Source of the DNA: Myxococcaceae bacterium
GTDB lineage: Bacteria; Myxococcota; Myxococcia; Myxococcales; Myxococcaceae
Direction of reading: 5' to 3'
Assembly: GCA_052386435.1 (NCBI GenBank)
Contig: JBQTKE010000549.1
Coordinates: forward strand, 1 to 40,263
Length of the DNA stretch: 40,263 nucleotides
The notes under the pieces are model-generated. The model did no database searches, had not been told where the DNA came from, and worked only from the letters and a program-made list of their open reading frames with translations. The translations under genes and the position numbers were made by a program. Of this stretch, positions 1 to 9,700 are shown piece by piece. Every line of letters begins with the position of its first letter. Position 1 is the first letter of the stretch.

Positions 1-1
1 G

Positions 2-997
2 CCCTTCATCTTGCCGGTGCCCAAGCCGGTGATCGTCCCGCTGTCGGAGTCCATCGACTTCACCGTGATGAACATCTTTTTGGTGATGTTCTTCCTCGCC
101 TCCGTGGCGGTCGTCTCCTTCGTGAACGCCGCGGCGGAAGGTGACGAGTACGCGGATGAGCTCTCCGGCAATCAGGCGCGCATCGCGAAGCTGATCATCA
201 AGCCGCCGGAAGCGCAGAAGAACCCGCTGCTCGAAAAGCTCAATCAGCAGAAGCGCAGCTCCGGCGAGATGGCCGCGAAACACCGCGGTGACGAAGGCCA
301 GATGGGTAAGCGCGATGCTCCCAAGCGCAGCGCGCACACCGCGCCGAAGGGCGATCCGAACAACAAGGATCAGGCGCGTATGCTGACGCAGAAGATCTTC
401 GGCTCCGGGGGTGGTGGTCTCTCCACGGTGTTCGGTCCGAACGGCCTTGGCGGCGAGCTGAAGAGCGCCATGGGCAACATGTTCGGCGCTGCCGCGGGTG
501 ATGCGCAGGGCTTCGGCGGACTCGGTCTGCGCGGCTCCGGCGCGGGCGGTGGGGGTCAGGGTGACACCATCGGCATCGGCGGCATCGGTACCAAGGGTCG
601 CGGCGGCGGTACCGGCAGCTATGGCACTGGAGTGGGTGTGCTCGGCGGAAAGAAGAGCGTCGACGTCGGCATCACTTCGTCCGAGCCCATGGTCATGGGC
701 TCTCTGGACAAGGAGCTCATTCGTCAGGTCATCCACCGCAACCGCAACCAGATCCGTTACTGCTACGAGAGCCAGCTCACCCGGTTCCCGAAGCTGAAGG
801 GCAAGGTCGCGGTGAAGTTCGTGATCTCCGCGTCTGGCAGCGTGGCTTCGTCCAGCGTGGCCCAGGCGGATACGAACAACGCGGAGCTGGAGACCTGCGT
901 CGCCGGTCGAGTCCGAACCTGGATGTTCCCGAAGCCGAAGGGTGGTGGCGTCGTGATCGTCACCTATCCGTTCATCTTCAAGGCGTCCGGCGAGTAA
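2..997 (+). CDS. gltG: GltG/PglI-like gliding-motility protein, 3' part (TM helix, Gly-rich linker, AgmX/PglI-type TonB-C-like domain); the 5' end lies upstream of the window
   Basis: The frame is open from the window edge; codons at 2-10 have no stop, and the TTG at 11 is only the ORF-caller start. Hydrophobic helix FTVMNIFLVMFFLASVAVVSFV and a long Gly-rich tract. The C-terminal ~95 aa (LDKELIRQVIHRNRNQIRYCYE...CVAGRVRTWMFPKP...VTYPFIFK) share the pattern of the C-terminus of the 16215-18308 product: two Cys, W-x-FP, F-x-F end. It sits directly upstream of gltH/gltI/gltJ-like genes. Confidence 0.7.
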   Translation, partial: PFILPVPKPVIVPLSESIDFTVMNIFLVMFFLASVAVVSFVNAAAEGDEYADELSGNQARIAKLIIKPPEAQKNPLLEKLNQQKRSSGEMAAKHRGDEGQMGKRDAPKRSAHTAPKGDPNNKDQARMLTQKIFGSGGGGLSTVFGPNGLGGELKSAMGNMFGAAAGDAQGFGGLGLRGSGAGGGGQGDTIGIGGIGTKGRGGGTGSYGTGVGVLGGKKSVDVGITSSEPMVMGSLDKELIRQVIHRNRNQIRYCYESQLTRFPKLKGKVAVKFVISASGSVASSSVAQADTNNAELETCVAGRVRTWMFPKPKGGGVVIVTYPFIFKASGE

Positions 998-1046
998 AAA
1001 CCGTTCAGTCTTCTGCTTTCAGGCTGCTGCCTCAGTCGGATCGTCG

Positions 1047-1091
1047 AGGGCGCGGTGACTTCTTTCGAGTCCCGCGCCCTTCGTGTTTCTT
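1047..1091 (+). terminator. Terminator/attenuator-like hairpin between gltG and gltH
   Basis: Perfect 9-bp GC-rich inverted repeat, agggcgcgg (1047-1055) and ccgcgccct (1072-1080), with a 16-nt loop. It is followed by the T-rich run tcgtgtttctt (1081-1091). Confidence 0.4.
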
Positions 1092-1135
1092 GAACTTCCG
1101 CCCAGGGCCGGGCCGGGCTACTGTCCCGCTCCACG

Positions 1136-1789
1136 ATGAGCCAAATCACCAAGACGGTGCTCGCTTTGGCAGTGGTGGTCTCTTCCCTGGCGCTGGCCCA
1201 GAAGTCGGGTGCGCCGGTGGTCGACAAGGAAGCGCCCTCGTTCAACGAGATTGAGCGCGGCTTCCACATGGGGCTGGCGGCCGGCTACTTCGCGATGATC
1301 AACCCGCCCGCGTCGTCGGGACCGCGGAACTTCTCCAATGGACAGCTGGTCCGGGTGGATCTGGGCTTCGACATTGGCGAGCGCGTGGGCATCGACATCT
1401 TTGCCATGGCCACGGCGAACCGGAACGGTTCGGACTATCTGGGCAATTCGGCTCCGCCCGGCTGCGCGACCGCAGGGATCTGTCGGGCCGTCTCGGGTGA
1501 TTTCAACGGGTTCATCCCCGGCATCGCCGCCAAGGTGAACATCTTTGGCTTCAACGATGCGAACGACGTGCAGCGCCTGTGGATCTACGGGCGCGTGGGC
1601 GCGGGTTACGCGATCTTTTCGCCGGCCGGGCTGGTGAATTCGGACATCTTTCTGCTCGCCGGGATGGGCGTCGAGTACTTCACCCAGCTGCGGCATTTCA
1701 CCATCGGGATTGAGCTGACGCCCAGCTTCATGATCAACGGCGGCACAATCGGCTTTGCTGCAACGCCCAATCTGCGCTACGCGTTCTGA
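1136..1789 (+). CDS. gltH: Small outer-membrane beta-barrel protein, GltH-like
   Basis: ATG at 1136. Signal peptide MSQITKTVLALAVVVSSLALAQ. Alternating hydrophobic/Gly-rich strands and a C-terminal aromatic end (NLRYAF) typical of OMP barrels. Its position between the gltG-like and gltI-like genes matches the M. xanthus G1 cluster order. Confidence 0.6.
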   Translation: MSQITKTVLALAVVVSSLALAQKSGAPVVDKEAPSFNEIERGFHMGLAAGYFAMINPPASSGPRNFSNGQLVRVDLGFDIGERVGIDIFAMATANRNGSDYLGNSAPPGCATAGICRAVSGDFNGFIPGIAAKVNIFGFNDANDVQRLWIYGRVGAGYAIFSPAGLVNSDIFLLAGMGVEYFTQLRHFTIGIELTPSFMINGGTIGFAATPNLRYAF

Positions 1790-1873
1790 CCTTTTCGCGG
1801 GGTCCTTCGCTGACGCCGCGTGCGTGAGCGAGGATCTCCGGTGACGAACGACAGTGCCAAGGGTGGTTTCAGT

Positions 1874-3682
1874 ATGGATGACCGGGGTCGCGGCGGCAGT
1901 GGTCCGCGCGGTCCCAGGGGTGACGGTGCTGGCGGTGGTGGTCGCCGCGGCGGTGGTGACCGTGAGTTCGGCGGAAAAGGACACGGTCGAGGCGGTCCGG
2001 GTCGCGGTCGTCAAGGCGGTGGCTCCAGCGGCGGCGCCTATCGGATTCCTGGCGAGCTCTCGGCTCTAGAGAAGGCGCTGTCCAAGAGTGACTTCGGCGC
2101 GCAGAAGGCTCCGCTCACTGAGTTGGTGAAGGTGCTCCGTCAGATGCGCGTGAAGTCGATAGACGAGATCGATCTCGGCACCCGTGGCAAGTTGATCACC
2201 ACGCTCTCGCGGGTGGCGCGGCAGATCAAGCCGCCCATGCCGGAGGATGCGGCGTCGGGAGAGAGCGCTCCAACAGGCGAGGGCGCGCCGAGCGAGAGCG
2301 CCTCTGCGGGGAGCTCGGCTTCAGGTGAAGCTCCGTCCTCTGAAAGCGCCTCGGCTGAAGCGGCGTCGAGCGAGAGTGCGTCGGCTGGAGCGGCGTCGAG
2401 CGAGAGTGCTTCGGCTGGCTCCACGAACGGCGCGGCCACGGCTCCAACTCCGACTCCGACGAAGAGTCCCGAGGAGGAGAAGGCAGAGGCTTACATCGAC
2501 GTGATGTATCTGGTCGGTAACGCGTGGCGCGCTGCCGGTGCGCACGATCGCGCGGACGCGGCGTTCGCGGCTTCCGGTCGCGCAGAGAAGCCGTACAAAG
2601 AGGAAGCGCCTCGAGCGGAGCAGGCTCCCCGTTCCCAGGAGCCGCGCGGCGAGAAGCGGCGCGGTGACGGTCGCGAACCTCGAGAGGGGCGTGAGCGGGG
2701 CGGTCAACGCGGGGCTCGACCGCCGGCGAAGACCTACGCGGATTGGCGCGAGGAAGCTGCCGCGCTGGAGTCGCAGAAGCGCACCCGAGACGCGGCGCGC
2801 GTGCACGAGCGGAACAAGTCTTTCGCGGACGCGGCTCGGCTCTTCGAGGCGGGCGGCGATCTCAAGAGTGCGCTCAAGGCAATGGTTTCCGGTGGCGACA
2901 CCGACAGCGCTCGCCGACTGATGAAGACGCTTCCTCCCGCGGAGATTGGTCCGCTGTTGGAGCGCTCCGGCGGTTACGAGCTGCTCATGGAACACTACGT
3001 TCAAAGCGGCAAGTTCGACGATGTGGCCAAGCTCTACGAGCGTGCGCGGCAGTTCGATCAAGCGGCTCTGGCCTGGGAACGCGCCGGCAAGTTGTCGAAC
3101 GCGCGCAAAGCGTACGAACGCGCCAAAGACACTGAAGGGGCGAATCGAGTCCGCTCGCAGGAGATCAGTAAGTTGATCGAACGTGGCGATCGTCTCGGCG
3201 CGGCGCTGTTGCAGATTGCGGCGGGCGAGCGCGAGAAGGCTGTCGAAAACCTCAGCACCCTGCCGTCCCCCAAAGCCTTCCGCTTCCTGCAGAAGGCGAA
3301 GCTGGACGCGGAAGCTCAGGCGCTGGCGAAGAAGGAGCTGGACGCGGCCGAGCAATCGCAGTCGCACCACCAGCGGGCGCGTTGGCTGGAGCTCCTGGGC
3401 GAAACGGCCTCCGCCGCGCAGGCGTGGGAGAAGGCGGAGCGGAAGGATCGCGCGTTGCCGCTCTACGAACAGTCGGGAGATCTCAGGCGCGCCGCGGAAT
3501 TGGCGGAGACGTTGGGTCAGTACCCCAAGGCGATCGAGCTGTACGGCAAGGTGGGCGACACGGCGTCCGCGGAGCGGGTTGCGGCACTCCCTCCGCCCGC
3601 GGTGACGACGCCTTCGGCCCCCACGGAGGCTGAAGAAGCCAAAGCGGCGGACGCGGCTCCCGCTGGCACGGCAACCACGTAG
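1874..3682 (+). CDS. Hypothetical protein: N-terminal ~330 aa disordered charge-block region (RGG-rich, then acidic Ser/Glu/Ala repeats, then Arg/Glu/Pro-rich) plus a C-terminal helical-repeat (TPR-like) half
   Basis: Long ORF 1820-3682. The ATG at 1874 is preceded by aagggtgg; alternative GTG starts at 1820 and 1850 cannot be excluded. N-terminus DDRGRGGSGPRGPRGDGAGGGGRRGGGDREFGGKGHGRGGPGRGRQGGG, then SESASAGSSASGEAPSSESASAEAASSESASAGAASSESASAG. The C-terminal half repeats motifs such as AALAWERAGKLSNARKAYERA and AAQAWEKAERKDRALPLYEQSGDLRRAAELAE. Confidence 0.6.
   Translation: MDDRGRGGSGPRGPRGDGAGGGGRRGGGDREFGGKGHGRGGPGRGRQGGGSSGGAYRIPGELSALEKALSKSDFGAQKAPLTELVKVLRQMRVKSIDEIDLGTRGKLITTLSRVARQIKPPMPEDAASGESAPTGEGAPSESASAGSSASGEAPSSESASAEAASSESASAGAASSESASAGSTNGAATAPTPTPTKSPEEEKAEAYIDVMYLVGNAWRAAGAHDRADAAFAASGRAEKPYKEEAPRAEQAPRSQEPRGEKRRGDGREPREGRERGGQRGARPPAKTYADWREEAAALESQKRTRDAARVHERNKSFADAARLFEAGGDLKSALKAMVSGGDTDSARRLMKTLPPAEIGPLLERSGGYELLMEHYVQSGKFDDVAKLYERARQFDQAALAWERAGKLSNARKAYERAKDTEGANRVRSQEISKLIERGDRLGAALLQIAAGEREKAVENLSTLPSPKAFRFLQKAKLDAEAQALAKKELDAAEQSQSHHQRARWLELLGETASAAQAWEKAERKDRALPLYEQSGDLRRAAELAETLGQYPKAIELYGKVGDTASAERVAALPPPAVTTPSAPTEAEEAKAADAAPAGTATT
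2360..2419 (+). repeat. In-frame 30-bp tandem repeat x2 (AASSESASAG units) inside the 1874-3682 CDS
   Basis: gcggcgtcgagcgagagtgcgtcggctgga (2360-2389) is followed by gcggcgtcgagcgagagtgcttcggctggc (2390-2419), 28/30 identical. More degenerate copies lie upstream from about 2290. Confidence 0.85.
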
Positions 3683-3780
3683 GAAACGCCAAAGAATCGG
3701 AACGCCACCGCGCGACCCTGTTCCATTGCTCCAGAGGCGCGTGAACGCTAGAGTTTTTCAAGCGTTTCCCACGCCGCCCC

Positions 3781-6700
3781 ATGGACAATCGACAACTGAA
3801 GTCCGCCCCGGCGATCGCGGGGCGTGGTCCCGACCGTGGCGCCGACGATCGGCCGTTCGCGGAGGTCGAAGCCGCGCTCGAAAAATCGGGTCGCGTTGAA
3901 GATCTCATTCGTCTCTACGAGAACCGTTCGCGTGACGTGACCGCCGCGGAGGCGAGTGTGCTGCTCACCCGGGCCGCGGAGCTTGCCAGCGCTCGGCTCA
4001 AAAACCTGGCGCGCGCGGAGACACTGCTACGAAGATCGCTGCTCTTCGACCCGGATGGCCGCGACGCACTGTCCGCCTTAGCGGAGCTGTTCGAGCAACG
4101 CCAAGAGCCTGCCGCTCTCGCCGATTCGTACGAGCGGATTGCTGCCACGTACACCGGGAAGGAAGCCGCGGAGTACTTGCTCAAGGCGGCGGAGCTCTAC
4201 GAGCAGAAGCTGGGCAAGCGCGACCGGGCCATCCTCAGTCTGCAGCTGGCGACCCGCGCCAACCCGATAGACCGCGCGCCGTTCAAGCGGATCCGCGAGA
4301 TCTTCCTTGCCGAAGGGCGGTTCCTCTCCGCGTTCGAATCGCTGGAACGAGAGCGAGCGTCGCTCGGTGGCGCCGGGATGGCGGAGGCGTACGCCGGGTT
4401 GGCGGAGAAGCTCATCGAAGAGCCCGCAGAGCACGGACTTGCGCTGAAGGCGCTGCACGTCGCGCAGACCCTGGACGCGAAGCTCGACGCGGTGGAACGG
4501 ATTACGAAAGAGATTCAGAAGTTCGAGCACGGCTGGCGTGATCGCGTGCGCACGCTCAAGGCGCAGTCGCTGGAGGAGCGCGACCGCAAAGTCGCCGCGC
4601 GTCTGTCCCTGCACGTGGCGAAGCTGCTCTCGTTCTACGAAGGCTCCGCCGCCGCGAAAGTCAAAGAGGCGCTGGATCGCTGCTTCCTGCTCTGGCCCGC
4701 GATGCCGGGCGCGTTGCAGCTGCTGGAACAGCTCGCGGAGAACAGCCAGACCTATGCGGCCACCGTGGCGCAGATGGAGCGCATGGCGGCGGACAGCCGC
4801 GATCGCGTCGTCCAGGCTGATCTTTTAACCCGCGCGGGGGTTCTCCGTCTGACGCGGATGGATGACCGCCCAGGCGCGCTGAAGGCCTTTCAACAGGCCA
4901 CCCAGGCGGATCCGTCGCGCAGCGCTGCGGCGGAGCTGTGCGCGGAGCTGCACCTAGAAGCCGGCGAGAGGGCGGAGGCCGTCGCGGTCTTCGAAAAGTA
5001 CCTGGCCACGGTGAAGGACCGCACGGCTCAAGTCGTGATGCACCTGCGGCTGGCGGATCTCTGCGTTCGTGCCGGGGACAACGCCGCCGCCGTTCGCGGG
5101 CATCTGGAAGCGGCGCTCAAGATCGAGCCCGCCAATGCCCAAGCGGCCTTCCGTCTGGCGAAGCTGTTTGCTGGAGATGAAGATCTTCTCGCGCTCGAGT
5201 CCGTGCTCGATCTCGCGCTCTGCGCGGGCAGCCCGGTCTCTGAGCGAGTCGCGCTCTGCGAGAGCTCGGCGCTGCTCTACGACGAGGCGGGTCGTCACCG
5301 CGATGCGTTCGCCGCCCGCGCCCGCGCCTTGAATCTGGATCCGGGTCGCCCTGGTCTGCTGCGGAGCGTGGTGGAGACCGCGCACAAAGCCGGCGCGCAG
5401 CCGGAGCTCGCGGAGGCTCTGCGACGCACCGCCGGAGGCGCTCCCGGCATCACCGGTTTACCGCTGTGGAGAAACCTCGCGCAGGTTCTTCAGTCGTCGC
5501 TCAACCAGCCGGACGAGGCGGGCAACGCGTGGCGTGAGGTCCTCAGGCGCGCACCGGACGACGCCGAAGCCAAGAACGCGTTGCTGGGACTGACCCAGCC
5601 GAAGCAGGCAGCGGATCCCGCGGAGGTGCTGGCGCAGGAAGAGCGCGCGGCGGAGATTCCCACGGCGGATCCTTCGGCATCCGTAGCGATCCTCCGTCGC
5701 ATCCTCGCCAAGCACCCGGACGACGCCGATACCTGGAAGCGGTTGGCGCAGGCGCATACTTCTCTGTCCCAGTGGGAAGAGGTCGCGCGTGCGGCGGAGC
5801 AGCTGGCGATGCTGGTGAAGGCGCCGGCGGAGCGCCAGGAATGGAAGTCGAAGCTCGCGCACCTCTACGCGGAACGACTTTCACGCAAGGACGAGGCGGC
5901 GGAGCTGTACCTGGAGCTGCTGCGCGAAGGGCTGTTTGACGGCTCCGTGGTGGGGGGCCTGGAACGGTTGGCCGCGCAGGGCATTCGGCGGCTGGAGATC
6001 TCCAAAGCAGTCGCACCTCACTACGCGCAGACCGGCGATCACCAGCGTCAGGTCGCGTCGCTGCTGGTTCAGCTGTCGACTTCGCAGGATCGCGCGGAGC
6101 AGAAAAAGCTCCTGCAGCTGCTCGCGTCGACGCACGAGGAGCAGCTCGCGGACAGTCGGGGCGCGTTCGACTTCTATCTGCGCGGCCTCGCTCTCGAGCC
6201 CGAGGATGAGCACTTCCACGCGGAGGCGGTGCGCCTGGCCGACGAGCTTTCAACTCGCGCAGAGTTGGCGCGGTTCCTCGTCGATCTCGGCACCAAGCAG
6301 CAGGACAAACAGGGATTGGGACGTCGGCTGATGCTCGCGGGCGCGCAGATCGCCGAAGCGGGTGGGGCGGTGGACGAAGCCGGTGCGGCGCTGCAGACCG
6401 CGCTGACCCAGCTGCCGGACAATTCGGAGATCCTCGCGCAGCTGGTGCAGCTCTACGCGTGCGCGGGCCGTTACTCCGAATGCGATCAGGTGCTGCGTCG
6501 GCAGATCCTGCTCGCCGAAGGAAACGAGAAGGCGAAGCTGTACGTAAAGCTTGCAGAGATTTCGGGGGAGCTGGGCCGTCCGCGTGAAGGTGCCCAGGCG
6601 CTGCAGGAAGCGATCAACGCGGGTGGCAACGAAGCGGAGCTGTTACCGCGGATGTGCCAGCTGCTGGAGCAGGGCGGACGGATGGGCGAGCTGTCCACGG

Positions 6701-9700
6701 CGCTGGGCCGGCAGGTTGAGCTCGCGGAGCAAGCTGGAGACAAGGAGCGCGCGTCGAGGTTGTCGCTCAAGCGCGCCCAGATTTTGGAGGCATCCTTGGG
6801 TGACCGGGCCGCCGCCGTGCAGAACTACTCAGACATTCTTTCCAAGAACCCCAGTGATCCAGACGCGCTGGCCGCGTTGGAGCACCTGCTCGCGGATGAA
6901 GAGAACCGAGAGGAAGCGGCGCGCGCCCTGGTCCCGGCCTATGAAGCCGCGAAAGAGCACCGCAAGCTGGTCGCCGCGCTCGACGTGATCGCCGACGCCG
7001 CGGAGGACTCGCTGGAGAAGGTGCTCGCGCTCAAGCAGGCCGCGTATGTGCACCTGCATCAGCTGCGGCAGCCGGAGCTGGCGTTCGCCTCGCTCGCGCG
7101 CGCGCTGCGATTGGCTCCCGCGGACTTGAGCGTGCGCAACGCCGCCCGTCAGGCCGCGGAGGACGCGGACGCATTGGACAGCTACGCGGAGGTCGTCGCG
7201 GAGCTGCTCTTCCAGGGTGACCTGGGGAACGTGAAGGCCGCGCTGCACCGCGAGCTCGCGGAGGTCTACGAGAAGAAGCTCGACAACAAGCGCGAAGCGA
7301 TTGGTCAGCTCAACGCGGTGTTGGAGCTGGAGCCGAAGCAGCCCGAGCCGCTGCGCAGCCTCGCTCGTCTCTACCGTGCGAGCGAAGACTGGGCGTCACT
7401 CGCCGCGACGTTGGAGCGCTTGGCCGAGTTGATCCCAGACCCGTCGGAGAAGATCTCGCTCTTGCGCGAGGCGGGGGTGCTGCACGAACAGCGCTTAAAC
7501 GACAAGGAGAGCGCGGCCGGAAGCTGGCGGCAGATCTCCGAGTGGGATCCGCTGGATCGTGAAGCGGCCGCGTCGCTGGAGCGGCTCTACGTCGATCTCG
7601 AACGTCCCAACGAGCTGGCGTTCGCGCTGGAGCTGCGGCGCGCTCAGGAAGGTCAGAGCCCGCAAGGCCGTGAGTTCTCCTTCAAGCTGGCGCAGCTGCG
7701 CAAACAGTACGGCGACAGCCCGAACGCGTTGCAGCTGTTTCGGCAGATCTTGGCGGAAGACCCCAGCCACGCGAACGCCCGCAACGAGCTTGAGCAGTGG
7801 GCCATGTCCGCCGACGAAGAGAGCGCGGCGGCGTTGGAGATTCTCGACCCGACGTTGGCGCAAAGCGGTGATCACGATCGCCGAGTGGCCTTGCGGCAGG
7901 CGCGCATGGACTCCGCCCTTCCTCAGGAGAAGGCGCGGTTGGCGGCGGAGATCCGCTCCATCTACGAGCGCGATCTCAACCAACCGGACCTCGCCTTCAT
8001 GTCAGCGCTCCGTGCGTTCGCTGCCGGCGTCGACCGTGAAGCGATTCGGCCAGAGCTGGAACGCCTGGCGCGGCTCACCGACTCCTTCGAAGATCTGGTC
8101 GACATCTACGAAGCGGCGATCTCTGAGTCGGATCCGCAAGACGAAGCGTTGCCGGGGTTGCTCCGCCGCGCGGCTGAGCTGCGTGAACAACTCGCTCAGC
8201 CTGAAGAGGCGATCAAACTCTGGCAGCACCTGCTCTCGCTGACGCCGCAAGACCGTCAGGCGCTGGACGCGCTGAGTCGTCTCTTTGAGAAATCGCAGAA
8301 CGCGAAGAGCTTGTCGGAGGTCTACGCGAAGAAGGCTCAGCTCGCGCAGGCTCCGGCGGAGCGCTTGGACCTGCTGATCAAGGCGGGCGGGGCCTACGAG
8401 CTGGCGGGTGACGAGAGCGCCGCGATCGATGCGCTCCGCCAAGCGTTGGCGATTCGGGTGAACAAGAAGGGTTTGGAGGCGCTGGATCGCCTCTTCGGAA
8501 AGGCGCACCGGTACTCAGAGCAAGCGGACATCCTCGATCAGCTCGCGGCGCTCGCGGAGGACGTACCGGCGCGGCGGACTTATGTGGGGCGCCGAGCGCA
8601 GCTGCTCGAAAAAGAGGGGAACGCCGGCGGGGCGATCACCGCGTACTCGCAGACACTGGAGTTCTCGCCGGGCGACAACACCGCGATCGCTGGGTTGGAG
8701 CGACTGCTGCAGAACGAGCAGGTTCGACAGGAAGCGGCGCGCTTGCTGGAGCCGTTCTACCGCAGCGTCAACGACATCAAGAAGCTGGTCGAAGTGCTGG
8801 ACCTTCGTCTGCAGGCCGCCGCGCAGGGCAAGCGGATGGAGCTGATCAACGAGGTGGCCACGCTTCGCGAGGCGCTCGGTCAGAAGGCGCTGGCTTTCTC
8901 CGCCCGTATGCGCGCGTTCGTGGAGAACCCGGAGAGCGAAGACGCCCGTGGCGAGTTGGAGCGTTTGGCCGCGGACACGGGATCGTTCGAGGAGCTGGCC
9001 GCGGCCTTCGAGGACCAGTTGGAAAAGGGCGTCTCCGCCGCTTTGACGCTGGAGCTTTGGAAACGCTTGGCGATTCTTTACGGGGAGCGGCTCACCCGGC
9101 CGGATCTCGCCGCGCGTGCGTGGGAAGAGGTCAGCCAACGCGAGACCGCGAACCCGCAAGTTCTCGAGGCGTTGGCGCGTCTCCACCGCAAGACGAGCAA
9201 CTTCAAAGAGCTGGCGCAGGTGATGCGGCGACAGGTGACGCTGGAGCAGAGCGTCCCGCAGCAGATCACGCTGCTCTTCGAGCTGGCCCACTTGGCCGAG
9301 GAGACGCTCGCGGACAAGGCGCTGGCCGCGGAGTGCTACCAGCAGATCCTTGAGCGCAAGCCGGACGATCCGAACGCGATCAAGTTCCTCTCGCGCGTGT
9401 TGGCGGAGAGCGAACGCTACGCGGAGTTGGCGACGCTGCTCGGGAAGGAGATTCAGCTCTCCGACCAGCGCAAGGCGCACGAAGAAGCGTACGAACAGAT
9501 GGTGCGCTTGGGCCGCCTGCGTCTGACGCGGCTTGGAGATCCGCGCGGCGCGTTGGATCTCTTCAACGAGGTGCTCAACCGTCGTCCCGCGCATCCTGGT
9601 GCAGTGGGCGCGCTGGAAGAGATGGCGCGGTCCGAGAGCCCCCTGCGCGGCGAAGCGGCGAGCGCGCTGGAGCCGATCTTCACCACCGGCGGCGATCACC

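Noticed and set aside
2270-2420. CRISPR-like or other non-coding array (also 30520-30620).
   Set aside because: The units are contiguous, without spacers, in frame, and encode low-complexity peptide repeats inside long ORFs.
3683-3780. Sigma-54 promoter upstream of gltI (ggaacgccaccgc).
   Set aside because: The GG-to-GC spacing is 9 nt rather than 10, and the flanking bases do not match TGGCAC-N5-TTGC.
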